The notes under the pieces are model-generated. The model saw only the letters and a program-made list of their open reading frames with translations, did no database searches and had not been told where the DNA came from. From positions 1,686 to 65,685 of the IMG/VR virus record IMGVR_UViG_3300047160_004205: a stretch of DNA of 64,000 nucleotides; one strand, written 5' to 3'. The stretch is from a virus. Its lineage: Duplodnaviria; Caudoviricetes. How positions within the stretch are numbered: the stretch's first letter is position 1; each line of letters starts with the position of its first letter. A program made the position numbers and the translations under genes. Shown one piece after another: positions 9,192 through 19,167 of the stretch.

Positions 9192-11449
9192 CAGGCCACC
9201 TTGCGCTGTTCAAGAGCCTCCAACTCTTTCACGACACGCTGGATGACCGGCTCCCACTCACCGCCCTTCTTGCATCGGAAGATTCGCGCAGAAGGATACC
9301 ATGGACTCTTAGTATTCCACGACGCACCCGGGCGCTCCGCCATCCAGTGCCAAGAGCCTTCCGTGTGCATCATCACCCAGACTGGTTTTCCCATTGCCCC
9401 GGCAAGATGAGCAACGGAGGTGTCAACGGTTATGACCAAATCCAAACATTCCACCAGCGCAGCCGTATCTTCCCAGAGCGGTTCTCTCGGTAACAAGTCC
9501 ATGACCGTGCCATCGTTCTCCTCACGTTCTGGGCCGACTTGAAGCGAAACAAAATTGCTTCCCTCGTCCACGATTCGTGAAAGCTGATTGAACGTCATTG
9601 ATTTGCGCTCGCCGTAAGTCTCCAGCCAAATCCCCAACCCGCGCCTTACGCCAGCGGACCAGACCAATCCGATGCGTGGCCCGCCCGGGAACTTCGCCTC
9701 GTACTTCCCTACCTTCTCAGGATTGGCCTTCAGATACGGCCCGTACCACGGCACCGTATCCACCTCCGTTTTGAACACGAACGGCAGGCTTCCGATCGGC
9801 AAATGGTAATCGAACGGCTTGAGCCCGAGAAAACCGGGATAGTCCGGGGCCCGCTTGTGAACGCGGATGTCTGGGAAGGAGAGCTTCAGCAACTCTTCCA
9901 TCGTGTCCGGGCACTCGTAAGTCACCTCATGGCCCTGTTGGGCGATCAGAGGAAGATACCGCGCCATCGCCAGATTATCGCCCGCCCCCGCCTCGCAATG
10001 GATGTGAATCTTCGACGGCGGCTCTTTCCCCGTCCATAGCGGCTTGATGAACCGCTTCAACGGGAGCGACAGGGCGATATTGGTTTTTTCGTCAATCCGG
10101 TGCTCGTGCTCCGCCCAGCCCTCCCGGTATCGGCCGATCGAGTGCAGAGCCAAACTCTTGTTCCAGTGTGCCGTATGGATGTGATGACACTTTAGCTCAA
10201 TCGCTTCATCGTACATCTCGATTGCATCTTCGTGCCGTCCCTCACGGTAGGCCACCATTGCCAGACAGTGGATCGCATCCGCCCGGCGCTCCGTATTGAG
10301 AACCTTCTTCGCCAGTTTCTTCACCAGCGCATAGTCCTCGACATCAAGAGCAATAGTAACCCGGTCCAATAGGGCATCGGGATCGTCTGGCTTGAGCGAT
10401 AACTGCTTATCGTAAGCTTCAATGCAGCCCTTAGGATTATTGACTTCATGCTCGACTCCTCCGAGCGTGCGCCATGTCTCTGGATTTTCCGGATCAATCC
10501 TTGTCGCCTTGATCGCCTCCTGCTTAGAAATCTTGTCGTTGCCCATCGCTCGTAAAGACTTAACGATGAACTCGATACGATACTCAGTCGCCAGCGGATC
10601 AACGTGCAGGGCGTCCCGATAGTAATCCGCTGCCGCGCCCGGTCGATCTTTCGCCAGAGCCAGACGGGCGAAGAACACGCACGCCTCACCCCGGGCCACT
10701 CGCTCAGTCGCGCTCTTGGAGTCGCGCGTCAAATACATGATGAGCCAGTAAATCGGCTCCGCGTTGATATGCTTACCCTCTTCGACGTACTTTCTGGCGC
10801 GGTGGATCAGTTCAATAAAACCGGCGTCGTCCATCCGCTTCCGCAGCATGTTCGTCCAGCCGACTTGATAGTTGCAAAACTGGATGTCCGCTCCGTTGTA
10901 GCGGGCGTGCTGGGCAACCAACTCACCCTTGCCACCGATAACAACTCGCGGATCGTCAATAATCACCGGAGAGTCGTCAACCGCTACCATCGACTCTGCC
11001 GTCAACATCGGCAGTGCGGCGTAAAGCTCATTGAGGTGATGATTTGCGGCCAGTAGCGGTTCGCCCCAGTGCAAATCCGAACCGTCAAGGTAAAGGAGAT
11101 CAATCTTGAGTCTTAGCTCCTCCATTACGATGAGGGCTTCAACGCTATCGCGCCACCAGACTTCGCCTCTTTTGATTAACTTCCTGCAAGTAGCAACGGC
11201 TTCCTTGTCTCTATCAATTGAGTAGAACTTCCCCTTGTGGGTTTGGATGTAATGATCGAACAAAATCGAGGAGCATCCAGCACCTTTCCACGCATCATCG
11301 GTATCCAGTGTGGTGCAGCCGGTTTCGACAATGTAGACCTCACGATCGTACTTATCCAAATGCTCAAACATCTTCTGAAACGTGTCGGCCCGGGAGTGCA
11401 GTAAAGCTCGTCTCGTCTCAAACCAATCCCAGAACTCTTCACTTCTCAT
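9191..11449 (-). CDS. Class I SAM methyltransferase + TPR + GT9-like glycosyltransferase fusion
   Basis: VETG...IDLLYLDGSD...VAVDD methyltransferase; TPR helices; EAGAGDNL, DYHLPIGSLP, GLVWSAG, LDLVITVDTSVAHLAGAMGKPVW. Confidence 0.85.
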   Translation of the reverse strand: MRSEEFWDWFETRRALLHSRADTFQKMFEHLDKYDREVYIVETGCTTLDTDDAWKGAGCSSILFDHYIQTHKGKFYSIDRDKEAVATCRKLIKRGEVWWRDSVEALIVMEELRLKIDLLYLDGSDLHWGEPLLAANHHLNELYAALPMLTAESMVAVDDSPVIIDDPRVVIGGKGELVAQHARYNGADIQFCNYQVGWTNMLRKRMDDAGFIELIHRARKYVEEGKHINAEPIYWLIMYLTRDSKSATERVARGEACVFFARLALAKDRPGAAADYYRDALHVDPLATEYRIEFIVKSLRAMGNDKISKQEAIKATRIDPENPETWRTLGGVEHEVNNPKGCIEAYDKQLSLKPDDPDALLDRVTIALDVEDYALVKKLAKKVLNTERRADAIHCLAMVAYREGRHEDAIEMYDEAIELKCHHIHTAHWNKSLALHSIGRYREGWAEHEHRIDEKTNIALSLPLKRFIKPLWTGKEPPSKIHIHCEAGAGDNLAMARYLPLIAQQGHEVTYECPDTMEELLKLSFPDIRVHKRAPDYPGFLGLKPFDYHLPIGSLPFVFKTEVDTVPWYGPYLKANPEKVGKYEAKFPGGPRIGLVWSAGVRRGLGIWLETYGERKSMTFNQLSRIVDEGSNFVSLQVGPEREENDGTVMDLLPREPLWEDTAALVECLDLVITVDTSVAHLAGAMGKPVWVMMHTEGSWHWMAERPGASWNTKSPWYPSARIFRCKKGGEWEPVIQRVVKELEALEQRKVA

Positions 11450-11919
11450 AACACTCCGTCTCCTCCACCCATAAATTCATGTGGCCGGTCAGCCCGTATT
11501 TCTGGGGTCAAAGTCGTGCCCGGCAGAACGGGGATTTCCTTGCCGAGACTCTTTAGTTCTTTTTCTTTCGGGTGCATTCGGGTGCGCTCCTCGCCCACGT
11601 ACCCATCACCGTATTTCCGTACCCGCCCGGTTCCCATGCAACGCTGACATTTATAAGCCTGTCCATTGCAGTCCGGGCACGGCACATCCCAATAATACTG
11701 CCATGCCTCTCCGAGCCTAGAGCATATTTCTTCGTGGCTGCTGAAAAGCTGCAAGAAGGAAAGACAACCAAATTCCGGAAGGGTATCTAGATTAAGTACA
11801 TCGCAGTGCCCCTTACCTTGCGGGGCCTGCCAATCCACGACCTCGCTGCCGTCACCGTAAACGGTCTTGCGAAGAGTCCGCCAATGCTCGCAATCGGCGC
11901 ACTTCAATAACACCCCCAC
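11446..11919 (-). CDS. Cys-rich Zn-binding protein (DnaJ-like CxxCxG motifs)
   Basis: CADCEH, CPDCNG, CQRCMGTG. Confidence 0.6.
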   Translation of the reverse strand: MGVLLKCADCEHWRTLRKTVYGDGSEVVDWQAPQGKGHCDVLNLDTLPEFGCLSFLQLFSSHEEICSRLGEAWQYYWDVPCPDCNGQAYKCQRCMGTGRVRKYGDGYVGEERTRMHPKEKELKSLGKEIPVLPGTTLTPEIRADRPHEFMGGGDGVL

Positions 11920-12233
11920 CGATCTTCGATCCGGCGCTTCAGATACTCGCGCTCTTGATATTCACACTGTTTTTCCCATGGGAGGCAAGGTTTATCTGCG
12001 CACTTCTCACAAATCATCCGCATACAGCCGCGACAAACGTTCGTCTTTTCCCTCATTTCCTGCTTCGTGGGGGCTTCCGTGATGTGCTGACAATGATTGC
12101 AGGTCGAGGCGTATCTAACCTCGACGCCAAAAGACGTACAGATTTCGACAATGCCCCCGGGCTTGATACGGGGTCCTTTGGGGATGGCCCAGATATCGGG
12201 CAAGGACGCCCGTAAAACGTCCTTGCGTCCCAT
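11904..12233 (-). CDS. Small Cys-rich Zn-finger protein
   Basis: CNHC, CRGC, CEKC...C. Confidence 0.6.
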   Translation of the reverse strand: MGRKDVLRASLPDIWAIPKGPRIKPGGIVEICTSFGVEVRYASTCNHCQHITEAPTKQEMREKTNVCRGCMRMICEKCADKPCLPWEKQCEYQEREYLKRRIEDRWGCY

Positions 12234-12731
12234 TTACCGCTCGATGAAGGAGATGTTTCCAACAGCGGTGGCCGCGAAGCCGCCCGAGATTGACTGGCAC
12301 CGTATCACAACGCCCGTGCCTGCCGTCGCCGCGATCAGGATGTTGTCGCCGTCGTCCAGCGCCCTCCAGCGATAGGAGCCGCGTTGGTTGATGCCCCAGT
12401 TCTTCAGATTGAGCCCAAACCCGGCAGTGGTGACTGTCAACTCGGTTGTGGCGTTGTTCTGGAAGAGGCTGAGAGGCGATACATCGGCGGGATCGAGCGA
12501 GTTGGGGACAACAGAGCTTGCGGTGAGGATGTTCGTAGCCGAGAACCGGGAAATGTCCCACTGCACCGGAGCGTCCGTCGTGGAGTACGTTCCCATCTGT
12601 CCCATTTCAACTTCGTAAAGCTGAATCCGGCGCTGGGTATTCGCCGCAGTGTTGCACCACAGCGCACCGGCAGTCTTATACGCAGAGGTGGAAACGGTAT
12701 TCTGAAGCAAGGGGGCTTCGTAGTTCGCCAT
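12234..12731 (-). CDS. Putative virion structural protein
   Basis: 165-aa beta-rich ORF, GGAG RBS, in late operon. Confidence 0.55.
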   Translation of the reverse strand: MANYEAPLLQNTVSTSAYKTAGALWCNTAANTQRRIQLYEVEMGQMGTYSTTDAPVQWDISRFSATNILTASSVVPNSLDPADVSPLSLFQNNATTELTVTTAGFGLNLKNWGINQRGSYRWRALDDGDNILIAATAGTGVVIRCQSISGGFAATAVGNISFIER

Positions 12732-12740
12732 GTGGCTCTC

Positions 12741-12929
12741 CTATCGTCGGTAAGAACGCCGTCGCTTACGACGCCCTCCCTGTCTGGCTGTTCCACCAAC
12801 TACGGCATTGGCTTGCCTAATAGCGGAACCGACACTGCCACCCCTGGCTTCTACTGAATCGCGGACGTGCTGCCATTGCCGCCGCTTCTTTGGCGTATTT
12901 GCTTTTCGCGTATGCTTCCCAGCGGGCAT
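12741..12929 (-). CDS. Small basic protein
   Basis: 62 aa Arg/Lys-rich, tightly packed in operon. Confidence 0.55.
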   Translation of the reverse strand: MPAGKHTRKANTPKKRRQWQHVRDSVEARGGSVGSAIRQANAVVGGTARQGGRRKRRRSYRR

Positions 12930-13205
12930 TTACAGCCTTCTGGCGATAAACGACGCTGCCAACACGAAAATAGCGTAAATCGAAAGCCCTATCAACTGAA
13001 GGACTGAGGGCTCAGGGAGTACCCGCCACCACAGGGCGAAGGCCGACGCGGTAGCGAAAAGCACGAACAGCCGGGACAGGGCAACGACGGTTCGTTGACT
13101 AAGCGCCTGGAGCCCGAGCGTAAGGGCCTGAATCCCTACCCGTTCCGCCTGAGATGACTGCTCAGGCGTCGTGTCGTCCTCTACGATGCTGAACTTCCCT
13201 GCCAT
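12930..13205 (-). CDS. Small membrane protein (likely start MAGKFS)
   Basis: Two hydrophobic segments; start chosen by coupling to upstream ORF. Confidence 0.55.
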   Translation of the reverse strand: MAGKFSIVEDDTTPEQSSQAERVGIQALTLGLQALSQRTVVALSRLFVLFATASAFALWWRVLPEPSVLQLIGLSIYAIFVLAASFIARRL

Positions 13206-13413
13206 TTTCCGCTGCCTCCAGTTCTGCCTGCAACCCCGCCATAGTCGTTTCACCCTCTTCCTTGGCCTTGGCGGTACCCTTCTGCAACAGGGTGTAGATC
13301 GGGATCACGACTTTTAGCGCCTCGATCTTGTCGGAAAGCTTCTCCGACAAGAAGGCTTCATCGGCAACCTTCGTCGCCAGTTGCTCAATCTTGGAGAGGA
13401 TTCTCTTGGTCAC
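13162..13413 (-). CDS. Hypothetical helical protein (likely GTG start at 13413)
   Basis: GGAG RBS before GTG; overlaps end of 13385..15523. Confidence 0.5.
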   Translation of the reverse strand: MTKRILSKIEQLATKVADEAFLSEKLSDKIEALKVVIPIYTLLQKGTAKAKEEGETTMAGLQAELEAAENGREVQHRRGRHDA

Positions 13414-15523
13414 GCTGCACTGCTCCTGCGCCTGCTGCCGCCATCGGCGCGACAACATCCTGAATCGCCCTGCCTGCCTGCGCCTGCCGAGTCGGAGGCA
13501 TCGGAGGTGGTGCTTTAAGCAACAATTTCGCCGTTCCGGCCTCCGCTGAGTTTGGCGAGAACAGAATCTTCGCCATCGCTTCATTCATCTCGGGGGTTGG
13601 CTTTATCCCCACCGCTTTGAACATCTTGTAGGCGTCCATCGCGGCTGACGCCGCATGATAGACGGCAAACGGGGAGTGAAGGATTGCCTTGCCGGTATGA
13701 TAGAGAGCGGGCCAACTTGTCGCAAATCCACTTTGGTTCGCTGTATCCTCTCCTAATCGTTCTGCCGTTTGTGACCCTGCCGTTAGCTCGTTCTTGGTTG
13801 CCTGCATCGTGCGTTCATCGGTTACGGCCTGCACGAACTCATCATAATCCTTGCTGGACTTGAAATATGGCTGCAATTGCCGCTTCGTCCAATCGTTTTT
13901 GAACAGCGCCCGGGACACATCAGCATTTTGCATCGCCAACGGGTCATCTGAGCCAAACCCGGCTCGCGCAAGCTTCTCTCTCAGATTGTCCGCAAGACCT
14001 ACACGAGCAAACTCTTGGTCACTTGGAGATAGCTCCGCAAACTCCGCTGCGTTCTCTTCCGGGCTTCGCTCAAACGCCGTCTTACCAATCTTAACCGCGT
14101 CCTCACTGGCCTTGAACCCAGACCAAGTTGCGCGAGCTTTGGCATACACCCCTGTCGAGTCGAGACTATCAAGAAGCGCAACGTATCTTTTCTTCGCTCC
14201 GTTAAGCTCTACGCCCAACCGACTCAACCGTCCTGAAATCGGGTCACGTTCCGCAGCAATCATCGCATCGAGACCCTGCTTGCCCATATCGAGAACACGC
14301 ATATTTGGCTTGCGGAGAAATACGATATTCCCTTCCGCATCCAGATCGACGCCGAGTTGCGTTGGATTAAACGGACGCACCCCGAGAGACGATAGCCGCT
14401 CTAGTCTATACCCCGCCGCCAATCCCTTTTTGATGTCGGGATTCTTTAGGAACTCCTCCAACGCTGGAGACCAAACGCCCTGCAATTTATCAGTTTCCTC
14501 GTACAACGGCCGCGAAGCCTCCGATCGGGCTTGCTGCAATCCCTCAATCGTTCGATAGGAGGACTGGCCGGAAGAGATATGCCGAGTAACGGCATCCTCT
14601 AACCGCTGCATGGCCCCAGCGCCGCGCTGTTGCAGCGTCGATCGTATGAAGTCTTTCGTTTCTGGTTGTCGTGCGAGATAACCACCGAGCGATTTGACGC
14701 CTGACCCCTTCCCGTAAACATCGATCGGAGCCATCGGGCGTCCCGCCGCGTTCGCCTCATTGGTGATTTGCAGCATGTCCGTCGCGCTAGGGGCCCCATA
14801 CCTATTCGCGTTCTGGATACGATTGAGAATCACCCCAATCGCCTTGTTGTTGGCGACTTCAGGCATGTTCCGTTGCAGATACTCCCCCAACGCGCTTAAG
14901 CCTGACGATGCCACCTTGCCGCCGACGCTCAGGCCGTAGCCCATCGCCATGCCGAACCCGACATCCTTTCCAACGGTTTTCCAGTAATCCGTTCCCTCTG
15001 GCGTGGGCTGCATCAGTCCGCCCATGGCCCCGCCACCAACCGCGCGAGCCATAGGGCTTTCCAGCAAGGGTGCGGCTTTAGGGAGAGCCTTGGCCGCAAG
15101 CCCGGCACCCTTAACAGCGGCCCCGCCCGCACCCGCTCCTGCCAGCAGATTTCCCGCCAAGTACCCGGGAGTCGTTTCGTCCGTTGGCTGAGCCGGAACC
15201 TTCCCTCCAGTCACCCCCTCCCCGGTTGGCTGCTGAGTCGACGCCCCTATCCCGAGAAGCTTTGCGCCCTTCTTCAGCGGCTCTCCTAAAACCGCACCAG
15301 CGCCCCGGAGAACGTCCATACCGCCGCTTTCGACGCCCTGTACGTCGGTTCCAACATTCTTACCTAAAGCGCCCAGCGTTGATTTCTCGCCCGCTGTAGG
15401 GACGCTGGATAAGTCCTGTTGCTCCAACTCTTTCTTAAGACTTTCCGGAGTAGAGTTCTCATCAGCGGTGACATTGAAGGCCCTGCCGTCGTCAAGCGTC
15501 ACCTTGAAAACAGCATCACCCAT
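13385..15523 (-). CDS. Internal virion (DNA ejection) protein
   Basis: 712 aa, helical, Ala/Gly-rich hydrophobic segments, third of three large ORFs after tail genes. Confidence 0.6.
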   Translation of the reverse strand: MGDAVFKVTLDDGRAFNVTADENSTPESLKKELEQQDLSSVPTAGEKSTLGALGKNVGTDVQGVESGGMDVLRGAGAVLGEPLKKGAKLLGIGASTQQPTGEGVTGGKVPAQPTDETTPGYLAGNLLAGAGAGGAAVKGAGLAAKALPKAAPLLESPMARAVGGGAMGGLMQPTPEGTDYWKTVGKDVGFGMAMGYGLSVGGKVASSGLSALGEYLQRNMPEVANNKAIGVILNRIQNANRYGAPSATDMLQITNEANAAGRPMAPIDVYGKGSGVKSLGGYLARQPETKDFIRSTLQQRGAGAMQRLEDAVTRHISSGQSSYRTIEGLQQARSEASRPLYEETDKLQGVWSPALEEFLKNPDIKKGLAAGYRLERLSSLGVRPFNPTQLGVDLDAEGNIVFLRKPNMRVLDMGKQGLDAMIAAERDPISGRLSRLGVELNGAKKRYVALLDSLDSTGVYAKARATWSGFKASEDAVKIGKTAFERSPEENAAEFAELSPSDQEFARVGLADNLREKLARAGFGSDDPLAMQNADVSRALFKNDWTKRQLQPYFKSSKDYDEFVQAVTDERTMQATKNELTAGSQTAERLGEDTANQSGFATSWPALYHTGKAILHSPFAVYHAASAAMDAYKMFKAVGIKPTPEMNEAMAKILFSPNSAEAGTAKLLLKAPPPMPPTRQAQAGRAIQDVVAPMAAAGAGAVQRDQENPLQD

Positions 15524-17481
15524 TACTGCACCCGCTCGATGCTCTTGATCTTCGGGCCACCAAGATCAGCCTCCGGTACTGCCGGGGCGGTTGCGCCGGG
15601 CGTCGTTTCCAGCGATCCGGCGATCTGGTTTTGCAGCTTGCCGATCTCCTCTTCGATCGACTGCTTGCGGCGTTGGCCATCCGCCCTGAACAGATTCACC
15701 GTGCCCTTGATCTGATCCATCGTCCAATCAGTCCCGGCATAGGCTTTGGCTTCCTCTTGGGCGTGAACCGTAATCTGCCCGCCCAGATTTGGGCTAGTTG
15801 TGAGCTTGGCAATCTCATTGCGCCAGATATTTACCTGAGCGTCAAAGTTCGTCACATCGGGATCGCCCGTAACCGCGCGCCCGCCTGCACGACGCCATCG
15901 CTCAAAGACGCGCACGCCGGTTTTGTCCACTTTTTTTGCTAATCCTAGCAACGCGGAACTGTTCAACTCAGCATTGCGAGCAAAGGCTTCAACCGCAGCA
16001 TTGTTCACTTCGGCTTGCGAGAGCGCCTTCTCCAAACCCTTATTTGTGGCCCAGCGCGCTTGCATTGTCCCTACACTTCCGCCCTTCTCCTGCTCTCGGA
16101 ACAGCGCATGAGCGTAGAGCCCCTGTTTAATGCTCGTGCCACCAATTCCTAAAGTTGGGAGGTGCCCAGTCGCGCGATAAATATCCGAGTTCATGTCCCA
16201 TGTTTGCTGAGAAAACTCAGGCGGCGGCTTGGTATCGCCTTCGGGTGTTACCTCCAGCGCCCCGGCAGCGCCACGCTTGTGTTCCGACTGCGCTTGCTCG
16301 ATAGCCTTGTAGGGCGGCAACTCCTTACCTTCCGCCTTCGCCTTATCCTGAAGCTCCTGGGCGCGCCCCATGATCGCTATTTGATCGAGTTGTGCCTTGC
16401 CGCCGCCCTTTCCCGCACCTCTCGCTTCAGACACTTCCGCCATCGCCTTTATTCTGGCCTGCCCTTCCGTAATAGGCGCACCCTTCGCATCCGCTTCCGC
16501 CTTTAGTTCAGACGCGCGTTGATCCACAGTCGCGGCTTCCGACTGAGTTAGCCCGGGGAGCTTCACCGCCGACTTGGCCTCTTGAATCTTCTTCAGGGTA
16601 TTGGTGTAAGCCTCAAGCGGCTTCTTGCCCGCTTTAAGTTCATCTGTAATCCCCATGTGAAGGGCGTGCTGTTCCTCCATCTCGGGGATGAGTTTAGAAA
16701 GGGACTCCGCCGCCTTCGCTTGCCCGGCTACGGCATCCATCAAATCGGGATCATAACCGGCACGCAGCATCGCTAGTTTCCCGTAATCGCCATACTTGTT
16801 TAGATGCTCCTCCAATCTCTGCCGAGCGAGCGCATGGTCCTTCTCCCAAACACTCATTATGTCCTCAAACTCTTGATGTTCTTGCTGGTGCCGTTTCAGG
16901 GCAAGTTGGATATTGTCCTTCCACACCGTGTACGACTTTTCGTAGGCGTCCATATCGCCAACATTGATCGCGTTCATCGCCGCCGCACCGCCCATCAATG
17001 CCGAGTTCATCGGCAAAGCAGAAAACGAACCGGCGAGCATGGCGAAGATGAAGCCGGGGGAGCCGATCTTTTCCCAAAGGCTAGTTGGTTGCGGAGCCAT
17101 GGTCTTTGGGTCCCACGGCTTCTCGTCCCCAGTCCAACTTTCCGCAGCCAACATCTGATCCATTTTGCTGCGGTACTGGTCGTCGTAACCCTTTTCCTCC
17201 CTCTCAAAATTCTCCCGATCCCTGATTTGAGCAAGAAGCTGCGTCTCGTGCGCCGTCCGCATTTTCTCTTGCTGTTCCGGGGTAGGCATCAACCCGGTAA
17301 TTTGGGAAACCAGATTTGAGACATCTGAAGCAGAAGATTTTGGCTCCGCTCCCCACTCGGAAGGGCGGGGCGCATCGAAGCTCCCAGTCAGGGTGCTTGC
17401 ACCAAAATCGCTTGCGATATTTGCACCCGCATCCGGTGGCGGATCAGGCTTGTCGGGCGCATCAATGATCGGTTCCGGCAT
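15523..17481 (-). CDS. Internal virion (DNA ejection) protein
   Basis: 652 aa coiled-coil-rich with hydrophobic segment GFIFAMLAGSFSAL; position in podovirus ejection cluster. Confidence 0.6.
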   Translation of the reverse strand: MPEPIIDAPDKPDPPPDAGANIASDFGASTLTGSFDAPRPSEWGAEPKSSASDVSNLVSQITGLMPTPEQQEKMRTAHETQLLAQIRDRENFEREEKGYDDQYRSKMDQMLAAESWTGDEKPWDPKTMAPQPTSLWEKIGSPGFIFAMLAGSFSALPMNSALMGGAAAMNAINVGDMDAYEKSYTVWKDNIQLALKRHQQEHQEFEDIMSVWEKDHALARQRLEEHLNKYGDYGKLAMLRAGYDPDLMDAVAGQAKAAESLSKLIPEMEEQHALHMGITDELKAGKKPLEAYTNTLKKIQEAKSAVKLPGLTQSEAATVDQRASELKAEADAKGAPITEGQARIKAMAEVSEARGAGKGGGKAQLDQIAIMGRAQELQDKAKAEGKELPPYKAIEQAQSEHKRGAAGALEVTPEGDTKPPPEFSQQTWDMNSDIYRATGHLPTLGIGGTSIKQGLYAHALFREQEKGGSVGTMQARWATNKGLEKALSQAEVNNAAVEAFARNAELNSSALLGLAKKVDKTGVRVFERWRRAGGRAVTGDPDVTNFDAQVNIWRNEIAKLTTSPNLGGQITVHAQEEAKAYAGTDWTMDQIKGTVNLFRADGQRRKQSIEEEIGKLQNQIAGSLETTPGATAPAVPEADLGGPKIKSIERVQ

Positions 17482-18791
17482 CAGCCACCAATCGCACCAG
17501 TCGTGGTGTTAATCGTAATCGTGCCCGGCTGTCTCGATCCGCCATTGAGGGCGGCCGCGAACGCCGCAATGGATGTCGAAGTCAACTGAGCGAGTTTGAG
17601 ATTGAGATTCTGCACCGCTAGCGGCAATTGCGCGGCAATCTCACTGGCTTGCGCGCCCGTGCTGATAAGCTGATTGGCAGTCTGCACCATTTGGGTGCCG
17701 GATTGCTGCAATTGCTGTTCGAGGGTAGTCGTTAGCGTCACTCCCTCCCGGTCAATCGCGGCAAGGTCCTGTGCCAGCGCGGTATTGAACTGTGGATTGG
17801 TGGACTGCCCCATGCTTGCCGCCGCCTGAATCCGCGCGGCCTTTGCTGAAGCAATCTGCTGGGATACGAGGTCCGTTAAGCCCTGAGGAAGCGTCCCGGT
17901 CGAAAGGTATTGAGTCAGTGCCTCACCGCTCGTTAGAAGCGGCTGTGCAGCCTTAGTCGCAACGTTCGCGGCATTGGTAATGGATTGCTGATACGCAGCT
18001 TCCGTCTGGGCGATAGCGTCTTGCTGCTTCTTCTGTTCATAGGCGTTGTACCCGGTAAGCCCAAGCCCGGCCAACCCGATGAACGGTGCCGCCTGTTTAA
18101 CGGTGCTACCGATAGTCGAGAGGATACCGGGGCCCGCGCCCCCCGGGCCACCCGGAGCCCCCGGGGCGGCGGCAGGAGCCCCGGTGACGGGGTTGATGTT
18201 CATGGGTCCGGGCGCGGCAGGAGCACCGGGGCCTATCGTGGCTAAGTCCGTAGGGGCGGCGGGAGCGGCACCTGTGGCCGCATCAACCCCAGTCGTAGCG
18301 CCGTAGTTGTAAATCGAGGGGTCGCCCAAAGTAGAGGGCATCCCGGCCGCACTTGGATCGATGAGCCCGCCAGATGTCAGGGGAAGCCCAGACTGCGAGA
18401 ACCCGGCTGTATTGGCTCCGCCCGCAAAGGTGCTGGCAAAGTCACCCGCCGCTGCTGGAGGAACGGCATCCGGAGCCGCCGCCTCGCCCAAGAGGGTTGG
18501 ATCGAGAAAAGTCACGTCCGACGCTGTGAGCCCGCTCAGATCACTGCCCGCCGCCAAACCCGGCCCTATGGTGCCAAGATCGAAAGCTCCAGCGCCCGCC
18601 TCCGCCGCTGCCGCACCACCCGCACCCAGCAATTCCGGTCCAAGCGTTGCACCAGCAGTCAGAATTGCCGGTAAGGCAAGCTCCAAACCCTGAGCCCACC
18701 CGGGCTGATTCTGGAAACTAGAAGCGGTGTCCGAGAAGATATTCGAGGGCGCAATATCGTGCCCGAGATTGCCGAAGTTGCCTGAGAACAA
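17481..18791 (-). CDS. Internal virion / DNA transfer protein
   Basis: Ala/Gly/Pro-rich N-half, hydrophobic helix, Gln-rich C-half; first of ejection cluster. Confidence 0.6.
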   Translation of the reverse strand: MFSGNFGNLGHDIAPSNIFSDTASSFQNQPGWAQGLELALPAILTAGATLGPELLGAGGAAAAEAGAGAFDLGTIGPGLAAGSDLSGLTASDVTFLDPTLLGEAAAPDAVPPAAAGDFASTFAGGANTAGFSQSGLPLTSGGLIDPSAAGMPSTLGDPSIYNYGATTGVDAATGAAPAAPTDLATIGPGAPAAPGPMNINPVTGAPAAAPGAPGGPGGAGPGILSTIGSTVKQAAPFIGLAGLGLTGYNAYEQKKQQDAIAQTEAAYQQSITNAANVATKAAQPLLTSGEALTQYLSTGTLPQGLTDLVSQQIASAKAARIQAAASMGQSTNPQFNTALAQDLAAIDREGVTLTTTLEQQLQQSGTQMVQTANQLISTGAQASEIAAQLPLAVQNLNLKLAQLTSTSIAAFAAALNGGSRQPGTITINTTTGAIGG

Positions 18792-18825
18792 GTCCGAGAA
18801 GAATGACGTAGCTACCTCCTATTTT

Positions 18826-19167
18826 TCATCCTATCCCCAACAAGGCACTTATTCTTTGGTGTTCCGTTGCGTTCAAGCGGAGCCACATCGCAAACTGACT
18901 CTCATCCTTCCAGTCCAAATCTATCAGATTATAGCCACTTGTCCCTAGCGCCGCATTGGCTTGGTCATGGGAGATTTGATGCTGGTACAGCCATGCTCCC
19001 ATGTTCTCCGGGTCTATCGGACTAAGGACAAACTGCTGGAGCCCGAAGATGTTTTTCTGGGCCCCAATAGCCGGTATCCAATCGTAGTGGTTCGCCGCAT
19101 GATTAAACGCCCAAGCCAGCCAATCGTCTTGGTCCTCAGGCTGCGCGTATAGGTAAGGTAAACTCAT
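18826..19167 (-). CDS. Hypothetical structural-module protein
   Basis: 113 aa, ATGA-coupled to upstream tail gene. Confidence 0.6.
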   Translation of the reverse strand: MSLPYLYAQPEDQDDWLAWAFNHAANHYDWIPAIGAQKNIFGLQQFVLSPIDPENMGAWLYQHQISHDQANAALGTSGYNLIDLDWKDESQFAMWLRLNATEHQRISALLGIG

